A stretch of 64,000 nt of DNA from Lingula anatina (Eukaryota; Animalia; Brachiopoda), in contig CM120644.1 of NCBI GenBank assembly GCA_051362555.1, forward strand, positions 21,350,534-21,414,533, given 5' to 3'. Under the pieces are notes generated by a model that saw only the letters and a program-made list of their open reading frames with translations, had not been told where the DNA came from and ran no database searches. The position numbers and the translations under genes were made by a program. This document shows, piece after piece, positions 35,990 through 48,824 of the stretch (position 1 is the stretch's first letter; the number at the start of each line of letters is the position of its first letter).

Positions 35990-38900
35990 TTAAATGTTAA
36001 TAATTTTGTCAAATCTAGATCAAAATTTCTGATATTTGTACAAATGATGCTTAACAACAATAAAAATCTGCAATAAACTGATCAGTTGTCTGTATCTAAT
36101 GAAAAGTGTTTTAAAAACAATATATTTCGAAAAACTAAAAAATTACATTGAAAAGACTGGGAAATCGCAGGACTTATATTAGTTAAACGTTAATAATTTT
36201 GTCAAATCTTGTCCACCGTTTCTAAAATTTGTACAAATGATGCCTAACAACAATGAAAATCTGATAAGACATAGAGCTGATCTTGGTGCTGTCTTTCACT
36301 GCCTGCTTTTTTCATTGTAAGGGCACTCATGAACAAGAACAATATAACTAAAAGAACTGAAAATTACATGGAAAAGAATGACAAATTCAGTGACTTACAA
36401 TAGTTAAACATTAATAATTTTGTAAAATCTTGTCCAATGTTTCTGAAATTTGCACAAATAATGCTTAACAACAATAAAAATCTGTGATAAGCTGATCAGT
36501 TGACCGTGTTTAATGAAAAGTGATTTTTTTTGGGACAATATATTTTGGAAAACTGAAAATTACATTGAAAAGACGGGCAAATTGCAGGACTTAAATTAGT
36601 TAAACACTAATAATTTTGTAAAATCTTGTCCAATGTTTCTGAAATTTGCACAAATAATGCTTAGCAAAAATAAAAATCTGTGACAAGCAGATCAGTTGAC
36701 CGTGTTTAATGAAAAGTGTTTTTTTTGGGACAATATATTTTGGAAAACTGAAAATTACATTGAAAAGACGGGCAAATTGCAGGACTTAAATAAGTTAAAC
36801 GTTAATAATTTTATCAAATCTAGCCCAATATTTCTGATATTTGTACAAATGATGCTTAACAACAATAAAAATCTGTGATAAGCTGATTAGTTGACTTTAT
36901 CTGATGAAAAGAGTTTTTAGGACAATATATTTGAGAAAACTGAAAATTACATTAAAAAGACGTGCAAATTGCAGGACTTAAAACAGTTGAACACTAATAA
37001 TTTTATCAAATATGGTTCAATATTTCTGATATTTGTACAAATGATGCTTAACAACAATAAAATTCTGTGATAAGCTGATTAGTTGTCTGTGTCTTTTTGT
37101 AAGTGTCAAGTTTATGGGAAATTGATCATCACAAGAGTGAGAATTAACAAAAAAAATATTTCGATACTGCAATGTATTATTCACTCTGAAAGAAAACAGC
37201 AAATGAGATGTTTTGAGGTTGTTTGTGTAAGAGGTTGCAAATTACCTATAACTGTCATCTGGAAAACAATATATACCCATACAAGACTTCTCCTTACTAC
37301 CAATGCCAGATGCAGATTACTCCTTGCAATGGGTTTCTGGAAGGGGTTGTTGTAATCACAATATTTGATAATGTCCTAAATCTTGCCAAATATCATGTAT
37401 TGTACACATGGATAAGACATAGTGCTGCTCTTGGTGCTGTCTTTCACATCCTGCTTTTTCATGGTAAGGGCACTCTGGAAAAAGAACAATATAACTGAAA
37501 GAACTGAAAATTACATTGAAAAGACTGGCAAATTCAATGACTTAAAATAGTTAATCGTTAATAATTTTGTCAAATCTAGACCAATATTTCTGAACTTTAA
37601 ACAAATGATGCTTAACAACAATGAAAATCTGTGATAAGCTGATCAGTTGACTGTATCTAATAAAAAGTATTTTTTAGGACAATATATTTGGGAAAACTGA
37701 AAATTGCATTGAAAGGACTGGCAAATCGCAGGAGTTAAAATAGTTAAACATTAATAATTTTGCCAAATCTTGTCCAATGTTTATGAAATTTGAACAAATG
37801 ATAATTAACATTAATAAAAATCTGTGATAAGCTGATCAAATGACTGTAATTAATGAAAAGCGTTTTTTGGGACAATATATTTGGGAAAACTGAAAATTGC
37901 ATTGAAAAGACTGGCAAATCGCAGGAGTTAAAATAGTTAAACATTAATAATTTTGTCAAATCTTGTCCAATGTTTATGAAATTTGTACAAATGATAATTA
38001 ACAACAATTAAAATCTATGAGAAGCTGATCAGTTGACTATGTTCAATGAAAACTGTTTTTTGGGACAATATATTTGGGAAAACTGAAAATTACATTGAAG
38101 AGACTGGGAAATCGCAGGACTAAAAATAGTTAAACACTAATAATTTTGTGAAAAATGTGTAAGAAGTTGCAAATTACCTATAACTGTCATCTGGAAAAAA
38201 ATATACACCTATACAAGGCTTCTCCTTACTACCAATGCCAGATGCAGATTAATCCTTACTGTAACAATGGGTTTCTGGAAGGGGTTGTTGTTATCACAAT
38301 ATCTGACAATAACCTAAATCTTGCCAAATATCATGTACTGTAAACATGGATAAGACATAGTGCTGCTCTTGGTGCTGTCTTTCACTTCCTGCTTTTTCAT
38401 GGTAAGGGTACTCTGGAAAAAGAATAATATAACTGAAAGAACTGAAAATTACATTGAAAAGACTGGCAAATTCAATGATTTAAAATAGTTAAACGTTAAT
38501 AATTTTGTCAAATCTAGACCAATAATTCTGATATTCATACAAATGATGCTTGACAACAATAAAAATATGTGATAAGCTGATCAGTTGACTGTAATCAATG
38601 AAAAGCGTTTTTGGGACAATATATTTGGGAAAACTGAAAATTGCATTGAAAAGACTGGCAAATCGCAGGAGTTAAAATAGTTAAACATTAATAATTTTGT
38701 CAAATCTTGTCCAATGTTTATGAAATTTGAACAAATGATAATTAACATTAATATAAATCTGTGATAAGCTGATCAGTTGACTGTAATTAATGAAAAGCGT
38801 TTTTTGGGACAATATATTTGGGAAAACTGAAAATTACATTGAAAAGACTGGCAAATCGCAGGCTTTTAAATAGTTAAACATTAATAATTTTGGCAAATCT

Positions 38901-41410
38901 TGTCCAATGTTTATGAAATTTGTATAAATGATGCTTAACAACAATTAAAATCTATGAGAAGCTGATCAGTTGACTATGTTTAATGAAAAGTGTTTTTTTG
39001 AACAATATTTTTGGGAAAACTGAAAGTTACATTGAAAAGACTGGCAAATCGCAGGCTTTTAAATAGCTAAACATTAATAATTTTGGCAAATCCTGTCCAA
39101 TGTTTATGAAATTTGTATAAATGATGCTTAACAATAATAAAAATCTGTCATAAGCTGATCAGCAGTCTATGTTATTTTTTAAGTGTCAAGTTTATAGGAA
39201 ATTCATCATCAGAAGAGTGAGAATTAACCAAAACAAATATTTCAATATTGCAATGTATTACTTACTCTGAAAAAAAAAAATTAAAAAAAAACAGCAAATG
39301 TGATGATTTGGGGTTGTTTGTGTAAGCGGTTGCAAATTACCTATAACTGTCATCTGGAAAACAATATATACCCATACAAGACTTCTCCTTACTACCAATG
39401 CCAGATGCAGATTACTCCTTGCAATGGGTTTCTGGAAGGGGTTGTTGTTATCACAATAGTTTGCAATTTCCTAAATCTTGCCAAATATCATGTATTGTAC
39501 ACAAGGATAAAACATAGTGCTGCTCTTGGTGCTGTCTTTCACATCCTGCTTTTTCATGGTAAGGGTACTCTGGAAAAAGAACAATATGACTGAAAGAACT
39601 GAAAATTACATTGAAAAGACTGGCAAATTCAAGGATTTAAAATAGTTAAACATTAATAACTTTGTCAAATCTTGTCTAATATTTCTGATATTCATACAAA
39701 TGATGCTTAACAACAATAAAAATCTGTGATAAGCTGATCAGTTGACTGTATCTAATGAATAGTGTCTTTTTGGGACAATATATTTAGGAAAACTGAAAAT
39801 TACATTGAAAAGACTGGCAAATTCAATGAATTATAACAGTTAAACATTAATAATTTTGTCAAATCTTGTACAATATTTCTGATATTTGTACAAATGATGC
39901 TTGACAACATTAAAAATCTGTGATAAGCTGATCAGTTGACTATGGTTTATGAAAACTGTTTTTTGGGACAATATATTTGGGAAAACTAAAAATTACATTG
40001 AAGAGACTGGGAAATCGCAGGACTAAAAATAGTTAAACGCTAATAATTTTGTCAAAAATGTTCCAATATTTCTGAAATATGTACAAATGATGCTTAACAA
40101 CAATAAAAATCTGTGATAAGCTGATCAGTTATCTGTGTCTTTTTGTAATGGTAAAGTTAATGGGAAATTGATCATCACAAGAGTGAGAATTAACCAAAAC
40201 AAATATTTCAATATTGCAATGTGTTATTTACTCTGAAAGAAAACAGCAAATGTGATTGAGGTTGTTGATGATTTGAGGTTGTTTGTGTAAGAGGTTGCAA
40301 ATTACCTATAACTGTCATCTGGAAAACAATATATACCCATACAAGACTTCTCCTTACTACCAATGCCGGATGTAGATTACTCCTTACTGTAACAGTGGGT
40401 TTCTGGAAGGGGTTGTTGTTATCACAATATCTGACAATGTCCTAAATCTTGCCAAATATCATGTATTGTACACAAGGATAAGACATAGTGCTGCTCTTGG
40501 TGCTGTCTTTCACTGCCTGCTTTTTCATGGTAAGGGTACTCTGGAAAAAGAACAATATAACTGAAAGAACTGAAAATTACATTAAAAAGATTGGCAAATT
40601 CAAGGATTTAAAATAGTTAAACATTACTAATTTTGTCAAATCTTGTCCAATGTTTATGAAATTCGTATAAATGATGCTTAACAATAATAAAAATCTGTCA
40701 TAAGCTGATCAGTAGTCTATGTTATTTTTTAAGTGTCGAGTTTATAGGAAATTCATCATCAGAAGAGTGAGAATTAACCAAAACAAAAAAATTTAATATT
40801 GCAATGTATTACTTACTCTGAAAAAAAAAAAACAGCAAATGTGATGATTTGGGTTCGTTTGTGTAAGAGGTTGCAAATTACTTATAACTGTCATCTGGGA
40901 AACAATATATACCCATACAAGACTTCTCCTTACTACCAATAGAAGATGCAGATTACTCCTTGCAATGGGTTTCTGGAAGGGGTTGTTGTTATCACAATAT
41001 TTGATAATGTCCTAAATCTTGCCAAAAATTATGTATTGTACACATGGATAAGACATAGTGCTGCTCTTGGTGCTGTCTTTCACTTCCTGCTTTTTCATGG
41101 TAAGAGTACTCTTAAAAAAGAACAATATAACTGAAAGAACTGAAAATTACATTGAAAAGACTGGCAAATTCAAGGATTTAAAATAGTTAAACGTTAATAA
41201 TTTTGTTAAATGTGGTCCAATCTCGCCAAATATCATGTACTGTACACATGGATAAGACATAGTGCTGCTCTTGGTGCTGTCTTTCACTGCCTGCTTTTTC
41301 ATGGTAAGGGTACTCTGGAACAAGAACGATATAACTGAAAGAACTGATCAGATGTCTGTCTTTTTCTAAGTGTCAAGTTTATGGGAAATTGATCATTAGA
41401 AGAGTACGAA
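35990..41410. repeat. Compound satellite: about 188-bp A units interspersed with 300-430-bp B units
   Basis: The A unit (taaacattaataattttgtcaaatc...gaaaagactggcaaatcgcagg) recurs throughout. The B unit (gttgcaaattacctataactgtcatctgg...gaacaatataactg) occurs at about 37230, 38160, 39325, 40290 and 40865, with partial copies at 36270 and 41225. Confidence 0.92.
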
Positions 41411-41877
41411 TTGACAAAAACAAATCACAAACAAAATTAATAATTTGAATACATGTAGTTTCAAATATGATTTCATAATTTTACTTTTTTATTTTTAGTC
41501 CATAAGTTTTCATTTATGATAGATCCACATATTTGATTTACCTGTTGACTGTTTCCTCTGTTCGCTCTGATGGACTTGGTCATCCTTCTGGCTGGAAGAT
41601 GATAAAACATACATCTTTAAAACAACCTACTTAATTTTTTAGTGTCTTAAAACTGTTTTTTTTTCAGTTTCTTTGACAAAGCAATAAAATGCCCAAGGGA
41701 TTTACATAAAAAGTCTCACATCAGTAGCAGCACAAATTCACCTAAATATCAGGTATTACATTGTAAAAGATGAAAAACTTGCTGAAAGGCTGTAAAGATC
41801 CAGAAAACAATGTGATATGTATAGAAACATTTAATATATGCAATGCATGCTCTTATATAACCATATTGGAAATTATT

Positions 41878-42375
41878 CTGGAGTCATTGTGTTCCATTGT
41901 GGCAGTATAGTCCTGTGCCTCTTAGTGCAGTGTAGTAGTCTGAAGTCATTGTGTTCCATTGTGGCAGTATAGTCCTGTGCCTCTTAGTGCAGTGTAGTAG
42001 TCTGGAGTCATTGTGTTCTGTTGTGGCAGTATAGTCCTGTGCCTCCTAGTACAGTGTAGTAGTCTGGAGTCATTGTGTTCCATTGTGGCAGTATAGTCCT
42101 GTGTCTCCTAGTACAGTGTAGTAGTCTGGAGTCATTGTGTTCCATTGTGGCAGTATAGTCCTGTGCCTCCTAGTACAGTGTAGTAGTCTGGAGTCATTGT
42201 GTTCCATTGTGGCAGTATAGTCCTGTGCCTCCTAGTACAGTGTAGTAGTCTGGAGTCATTGTGTTCCATTGTGGCAGTATAGTCCTGTGCCTCCTAGTAC
42301 AGTGTAGAAGTCTGGAGTCGTTGTGTTCCATCATGGCAGTATAGTCCTGTGCCTCAGTGTAGTACAGTGTAGGGT
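41878..42375. repeat. 62-bp minisatellite, about 8 copies
   Basis: Unit ggagtcattgtgttccattgtggcagtatagtcctgtgcctcctagtacagtgtagtagtct, with starts at 41880, 41942, 42004 and so on. Confidence 0.95.
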
Positions 42376-42614
42376 GGAGTCAGATGATGGACTGGAAAAG
42401 ACAAAAAAATGTCAGTGATCTGAGGCTTTTTCTTTAAGATCCAGAATATTAGAGTAATTTAGTAAGTTTTCTACATGTGTACATCATATTAACTGTGAAG
42501 AAATAAATATAAAAAACTTACAAAAAAAACGCGTTGTTGTAAGTTAAGGATGAGGAGGAAAAAGGTCTACTTATAAATCAGATACAACATCAGTTCTCCA
42601 GTTAATTATCTGGT

Positions 42615-43167
42615 ACTTTTGTAGTATACCCCCCCACCCTGTAACTTTCTGTAACTTTCACTTTTCAAACAGTTTTTTACATTTTCTTGTTCATCTATGT
42701 CAAAGCTGTTGAAATAAAATGCTTTTGTAATTACCTGTGGACTTTTCATTAGTTTTAATCACGTTTAATCCAGCCCATTGAAATACAATGTTAGAATCTT
42801 CAATTTACACCCGCAGTCAATAACTTGCTGCGTTTTTGTTGGCTAATTTTATGTGAACAAGTAGCTCATAATAATTTCACAGAGGAAGTCCAAGTATACA
42901 ATGTATCAATCCTATGTTCACATAAAATAAGGTACAGTTAGCCAACGAAAACGCGGCAAGTTATTGACTGCAGGTACATTGTAAATTTTCACATTGTATT
43001 TCAATGGGGTGGATTAAACGTGATTAAAACTAATAAAAAGACCACAGGTAATTACAAAAACATTTTATTTCAACAGCTTTGACATAGGTGAAAAAGACAA
43101 AGTAAAAAAATGTTTGAAAAATGAAAGTTTCAGGAAGTTACAGGGTGGGGGGGTATACTACAAAAGT
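42615..43167. mobile_element. Foldback-like element with about 230-bp inverted arms
   Basis: 42615-42846 is the diverged reverse complement of 42938-43167 (ACTTTTGTAGTATACCCCCCC...). Confidence 0.8.
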
Positions 43168-43871
43168 TATCTTACCTTCATAAGCCAATGCAAAACTACG
43201 GAAGAAAAGGGAATGGTAAAAACTTGAAGTAGATGACGGTGTGCAATCTTGTCAGTTCTCCAAAAGCACTTTTAATCTGCACGTCAACATTCTGTAGCAC
43301 ATTATTCTAAAATCTTCACAAGCACATTGCATCGTGATGTGAACAGTGAACAACTGACACAGTCGATACCATATGTGTCCTTCACTTCAGATGTCTCATC
43401 CTGAACTCACGGATTAAGTTTGCCGAAAGAATCTATAACGGAACCATCTTAGAAAAGTGTCCTGGTGGAAGATGACACTTAGTGTACAGAACATTTGATG
43501 AAAATTCGGCTTTTCGGCATCACCCTTTGCCTGATCCGCCATATAAACATTGTTTAGTATAGATGGCGCTGTGCAAGAGGTGAGACTTTGGATTTGTAAT
43601 GGACTGCAGCCAGGATCTGCAACAGGTTCATCGCCTGCTGTCTAAGAAACTCGTGGAAGGAGGGAGAGGGTTCTGGCACTGCAACAGAAATTACCAGGGT
43701 CCAGGCATTGTGTTATATATTGTGTATTTAGCAAAAATAGACTGAAAGTCATGAGCTTCAACGAAGCGTCAATCTGATTGGTTGAAAGTTATGGAAACAA
43801 TACAGGAGCCGTCCAATGAAATTTCTTTATACAATAATTTTTTATTGTTTTGTAAACAAAGCAAATAGACA

Positions 43872-44231
43872 ATGTCTACACAGTCACTGGTAAGTTTAAT
43901 TTTTTATTCCAAACTGAAACCCTGTATCAAGCATAAAGTAAGCCCACATAGCGCCTTTTTACAGTGTTGTTCATGATTTTTAAATGATTATTAACATTCT
44001 TTAATGAAATTCTTTAAAATTTCTTGTCACACAACGTTTTGATGATCATTCTTCATGTCTTGTAATGGTGCAAATGTTTATTTTTACAAAAACTATCAAA
44101 TGAAGATACTATGATTTGTATCTTGTTTAACTAAGATTTGATTTATTAATATATTTTAATATATTTTAAAATTGCAGATGACAGCTGGTATGGAGATTGA
44201 AATAAACAAAAAAGAACAGTGTGTTTGTAAG

Positions 44232-44271
<40 letters not shown>

Positions 44272-44879
44272 CTTTATGTGTTTCGTTAAATGGGTTGGCA
44301 ATTCATTACAGTGGGCCTAAAACAACTAATAAATTTCTTTGTAATTTGAAAGTAAGATATCCCATTCTTTATTTACTTTAAATAAGTGGTCAACTTTAAT
44401 ATTTGTAGTGAAAATATCAAAAAGATATATTGATAGGTTTTCTTTCTATTTTACATTTTATTTTGAACAGCCAAGGCCAATGTCAGAATAATTCTGACAG
44501 AAAATCTGTTGAAAGCAAAAGTGGTGGGCAGGGGAACTGCCCTTGGAGGCTGGGACACCCAGTGTGGCATTAACATGCCAAGGACAACCAACATGGGTGT
44601 CCCGTCTCTAAGGGCAGAGTTTCTCCTGCCAAAGGGCTCAAAAATGGAATGGAAATTCATTAAGCCACAAAATGTAAGTATTATATCCTTTTAAAAAAGT
44701 AATAATTCAAGGAAAAAAAATGATTTTCTTTGAAATTGAAAAAGAAAATTTAAAGTCAAACATGTTTTTAAAGTATTCATTATACCTTCATTTATTTCTT
44801 TAGTGTATTTGATTTATCAGTTATTGTTTATATTTATAAACATTTTATTTTTCATTTTATACATTAACATATTATCAAG

Positions 44880-44910
<31 letters not shown>

Positions 44911-47897
44911 TTCAGCCTTACCACCCTGGGTCTGGCTGGACATGGGAGCCTGAACCCTTTAGGAACAGGTGCCTCCAGGTGACCACCAAGGACAGCATGG
45001 AAGTGACCTGTACTTGGGGAGAACTGGACATGGAAATAAAAGGTGCTTGATCTTTTAATTTTATTTGATATAACCAATGGAAATAAAAGGTGAATTAAAC
45101 TTTTAATTTTGTCATGTATAATGTATGGTAAAAAAAGATTATTTGATCTCATAATCTTATAAAACATATCCTATGGAAAAAAATATGAAATGCCCTTTAA
45201 TTCCGTCAAATACATTTTAGACTATATTTTAATCTATATCATAACTTGTGAATGACAAATAAATGTGACATCTTATTCCAGAGTTAAATTACTTGTACGA
45301 ACCTGAAGTCCACACCAGTGGTAAGTGAACTGCATTATATAATTGTATTGCTCTATTCAAGACAATAATTCAGCAGATATAGCAATTAACTTGGTGCATT
45401 TTTAATCTACTAGCAAGGAATCATGAAATAAAATTATTTATGGCTACAACACTCTGACTCTCAGGGAGCAAGTCTGAATTTAAAGACCTAGCTAATATGC
45501 ACTAACTCCATGGAAACTCTCGCTGAATACAATCAGATTAACAGACTAACACCCCCCTTTTGTCTCCAACATCCAGAATCACCAGGTTTACTGTATTTTA
45601 CTCAATGCCATGATGTATTGGATGTGGTAAGTTTAGAAAGAACAAATATATGTATTGTGTTTCCTTAGATTTCAATTCAATTCTCATGTTTCAGCTGATA
45701 CCAACAGAGTAACAATTGTAAAGAATCTTAACACTAAAGAGATAGATAAGACTGGAATCTCAGCAATTATTTTGACTTTAATACACACATGAAACATGCA
45801 CATGTGCACATACACACATACATTAGCACATGCATATACACAGACATGTACATGCACAGTATGTTGCACAGTATGTCTGACCTTTGACAGTCTTACAGTC
45901 TTCAGAAAAATTAATGCTCTTGCGGTGTAATTATTGAACACAATCGAAAATTAAAAGAACAGAATTGAATTGAATTGAATTTTTAAAACTTTAATTTTTT
46001 TTAAATTGAACCACATTCCTTAAAATTCAATTCTGTTCTTTCAGGTGATACCAAAGAAGAGAACAATGTAGCAATTGTTAAGACCCTAAGTATTGAGGAG
46101 CTAGGTAAGGCTGGAATCTCAGTAGAATAATTATAAATTTTAATGTACTTATGAAACGTGTGCACACACACATACACTAACAAACACACTGCAAGCATGT
46201 TGCTCAAGCAAACTCTGGTCTTAAGCATAATATGATAATATATTAATTTTTTTAGTCAATTAAGTCTTTTAATGTGTCTTCAACAAATTGTAATACTGAA
46301 TTGTATTTGAATATGCACAGATATGGAATATTAAGTTTTTATGTTTAATATGAATTTTTCTTCAGTCGATACCAAAAACGCAGATGCTGAAGGCATCAAA
46401 GAAAAAGGTAAGACAGTAAGGGCAATTTAAAAGGAATTCATTAACACACACAAGTGGAATTTAGGGTGGAGAATTTCACTCACAAATCCTGAGTTAAATT
46501 CACTGATCATTTATCAGAATGTTTGAATGTGTCCTTGACTATGTTAAATAATGTACTGTATCCTTGTTGTGCACATATATGCATGGGATGTTTAATTTGT
46601 TTTCCTGTCTTTCTTCAGTCAATATCAAAGACACAGCAACCATGACAGAGGACGTGAAGGAGAGAGGTAAGACAGCAGGGTCAATAGTAAAGGGATTTAT
46701 TTATCACACTGACGGAATGTGATTGTGCATGTACACACACACACACACACACACACTACTTGTACACATGTTGCACAAGCAAAGTCTGGCCTTTGACAGA
46801 CTTAAGAAGATATTTTATCTTCTTAAAAATTAATTATTTTGCTGTGTAAATACTGGACACACACAATGCTGTCTTTAAATTTCAATTCAATTCTGTTCTT
46901 TCAGATGATACAAAAGCCAAGAAAAATGTTAAAATTGTTAAGACCCTTAGTATTGAGGAGATAGGTAAGACAGTAATCTCAGTAAAATAATTTGAATTTT
47001 AATATACTTATGACACACACAAACACACACATACATTTATACACACCACAATCATGTTGCTCAAACAAAGCCTGGTCTTTAGTATACTTAAGAAGATAAT
47101 TTCAGTTAAATTTTTGAATGTTCTTAACAAATTGTAATGCTGAGTTCTATTTGAAAATGCACAGATATAGAATGTTAAAATTTTATTTGATATCACTTTT
47201 TCTTCAGCTGATATCAAAGATACAAAGAGTGTGTCAGATGCTGAGGGCATCAAAGAAAAAGGTAAGACAGTAAGGACAATTTAACTGGAATTCATTTAAC
47301 ATACTTAAAAAATGTTAACACACACAGATGAACTTTAGGGTGGAGACTTTCACGCACAAACACTGAGTTAAAATTCACTGTCCAGTAATACATAAATCTT
47401 TCAATGTTTCTTTGACTATGTTCAGTAATGTATTGAATCTTTGTGGTGCACACATGTATGGGATGTTTAATTTGTTTTCATGTCTTTCTTCAGTCAATAT
47501 CAATGACACAACAACCCTGACAGAGGACATGAAAGTGAGAGGTAAGACAGCAGGATCAATAGAATAGGGAATCATTTATTACACTGATGGAATGTGATTG
47601 TGCATGAACACACCCGCACGCACACACTGCCTATTGGTGTGTAAACACATTATGGGCCTTATTCAAGTTTTACTTGTCCAATTTGTTTATTCTAAATAAT
47701 TGTAAAAGATTTTCAGTACAGTTGCATGCATGAAATAATATGGTGCACTGACTACATATTGAAGGTTATATATTATTGCATATTAGTAAGTTAATATTGT
47801 GTCATATATTTCAGCTCCCAAGGACAGACGCCAATCTAGGTGGAGAAGATTTTTAAGTCTTTTCACGTCTTGCTTCAGACGAAGATCAAGAACATAA
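43872..47897 (+). CDS. CBM20 (starch/glycogen-binding) domain protein, 12 coding exons, 263 aa
   Basis: Exons 43872-43889, 44178-44187, 44471-44673, 44916-45042, 45282-45320, 46045-46104, 46366-46407, 46619-46666, 46905-46964, 47208-47261, 47494-47541 and 47815-47897. All are GT-AG and phase-compatible, 792 nt in total. CBM20 motifs VVG..ALGGWD, LPKGSKMEWKF, WTWEPEPFRNR..V..TW. 3' UTR exon at about 48231 with AATAAA at about 48306. Confidence 0.85.
44234..44270. repeat. (TG)n microsatellite (intronic)
   Basis: Seen directly. Confidence 0.95.
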
Positions 47898-48824
47898 ATG
47901 GTTATTATTATTATTATTGTTGTTGTTGTTATTGAATAAATCTAATCACTCCTGATATTTAAAAATTTGACAGCATTTAAAAAAAGAACAGATTCAATAT
48001 ACAGTCACAAGGAAGTTCTTTTGTTTGTTTCCTTGTTTTGATGGCATGATAACTAAGTGAACTTTCAGTTTTTAAAAGGTACACTATGTCAAACAGCTGG
48101 TAAAACCTGTACAGTAATTATATGATAGCAGCTGGGAGCTGCTGGTTGTAGAGTTATTGTCAACGTCTTTTTACAGCTAATACATTTTAACTGAATTATA
48201 TTTTAATATTTTTATCTTCTTATTTTTCAGGGTCATCATTGCAGAACTACAATTGCTTCTGTAGCAGCCAGTAAAAAACTTCAAATGACATTCTCTTAAT
48301 TGTACAATAAAATATTAATTTTGTGTAATCAAATGCATTTTGTTTTTACTTTCTTTTCTTAATTGAGGCTAAGATCTAATAAACGGATATATTAGATATA
48401 TTAGGTATATTAGATCTTAGGTCTATGATAGATCATCTTCAAAAGAAGAATTGTACTTAGTCAAATGCATGATGTTATATGCTACAAAATCCCTTGTCTA
48501 TCTTTACAGTTGAAAAGTGTAAAAGACATGGTAAAAATTCAAATTTGAAGTAAAATTGAGACAGTTGTGGATTTTTGTTCTACACACCAATATGTTTAAA
48601 AAAAATGAATGCAACTTTGAATTCATTCAGTTTTTATTTTCTGACACTTTAGCATGTGAAATGCACCTCTATATTGGGTTTGAGTGTGTACTTAGTTATA
48701 ATTAGCATGGCCTAAGTGCCAATGACTCGTTGTCACTGCCAAGGTAAATATAAGTCATTTTAAGTATTGACTCCAACGAAGAACTAATATAATGACCTCA
48801 TCGAGTAAACCAGTGGTGTACAAT

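Larger units (their letters stand above)
34085..43195 (-). pseudogene. Decayed 3' fragment of a megalin/LRP-family receptor (last EGF, TM helix, cytoplasmic tail)
   Basis: GT-AG exons: 43195-43176 (FALAYE); from 42391 (VHHLTPPYTVLH*GTGLYCHDG, degraded EGF); 41591-41542; 35785-35704 (ETAAIVVPIIFVVILLEVIVVFLFLQR, TM); 35441-35301 (VAFHGENVVAISTPDFVYD); from 35003 (NKPTNFSSPMYD, compare LRP1 KPTNFTNPVY). Stops, frameshifts and insertions are present. Confidence 0.72.

Noticed and set aside
37223-41134. Recurrent plus-strand ORFs (CKRLQITYNCHLEN…) as a peptide gene family
   Set aside because: They are translations of the satellite B unit; most lack an ATG, and copies carry stops or indels.
41878-42375. 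Regular repeat array as possible CRISPR
   Set aside because: Head-to-tail 62-bp units without unique spacers, no cas genes, eukaryotic context.
43590-43745. RLLSKKLVEGGRG resembling a non-LTR RT C-terminal motif
   Set aside because: Too short and degenerate; no flanking RT motifs found.
45078-45115. Duplicated donor (ATGGAAATAAAAG|GTGAAT) as an alternative 5' splice site
   Set aside because: Extending exon 4 to it crosses an in-frame TGA (GGT GCT TGA); likely a neutral local duplication.
48369-48420. Small palindrome CTAAGATCTAATA…TATTAGATCTTAG
   Set aside because: Short AT-rich inverted repeat, probably a MITE scar; no evidence for an RNA gene.
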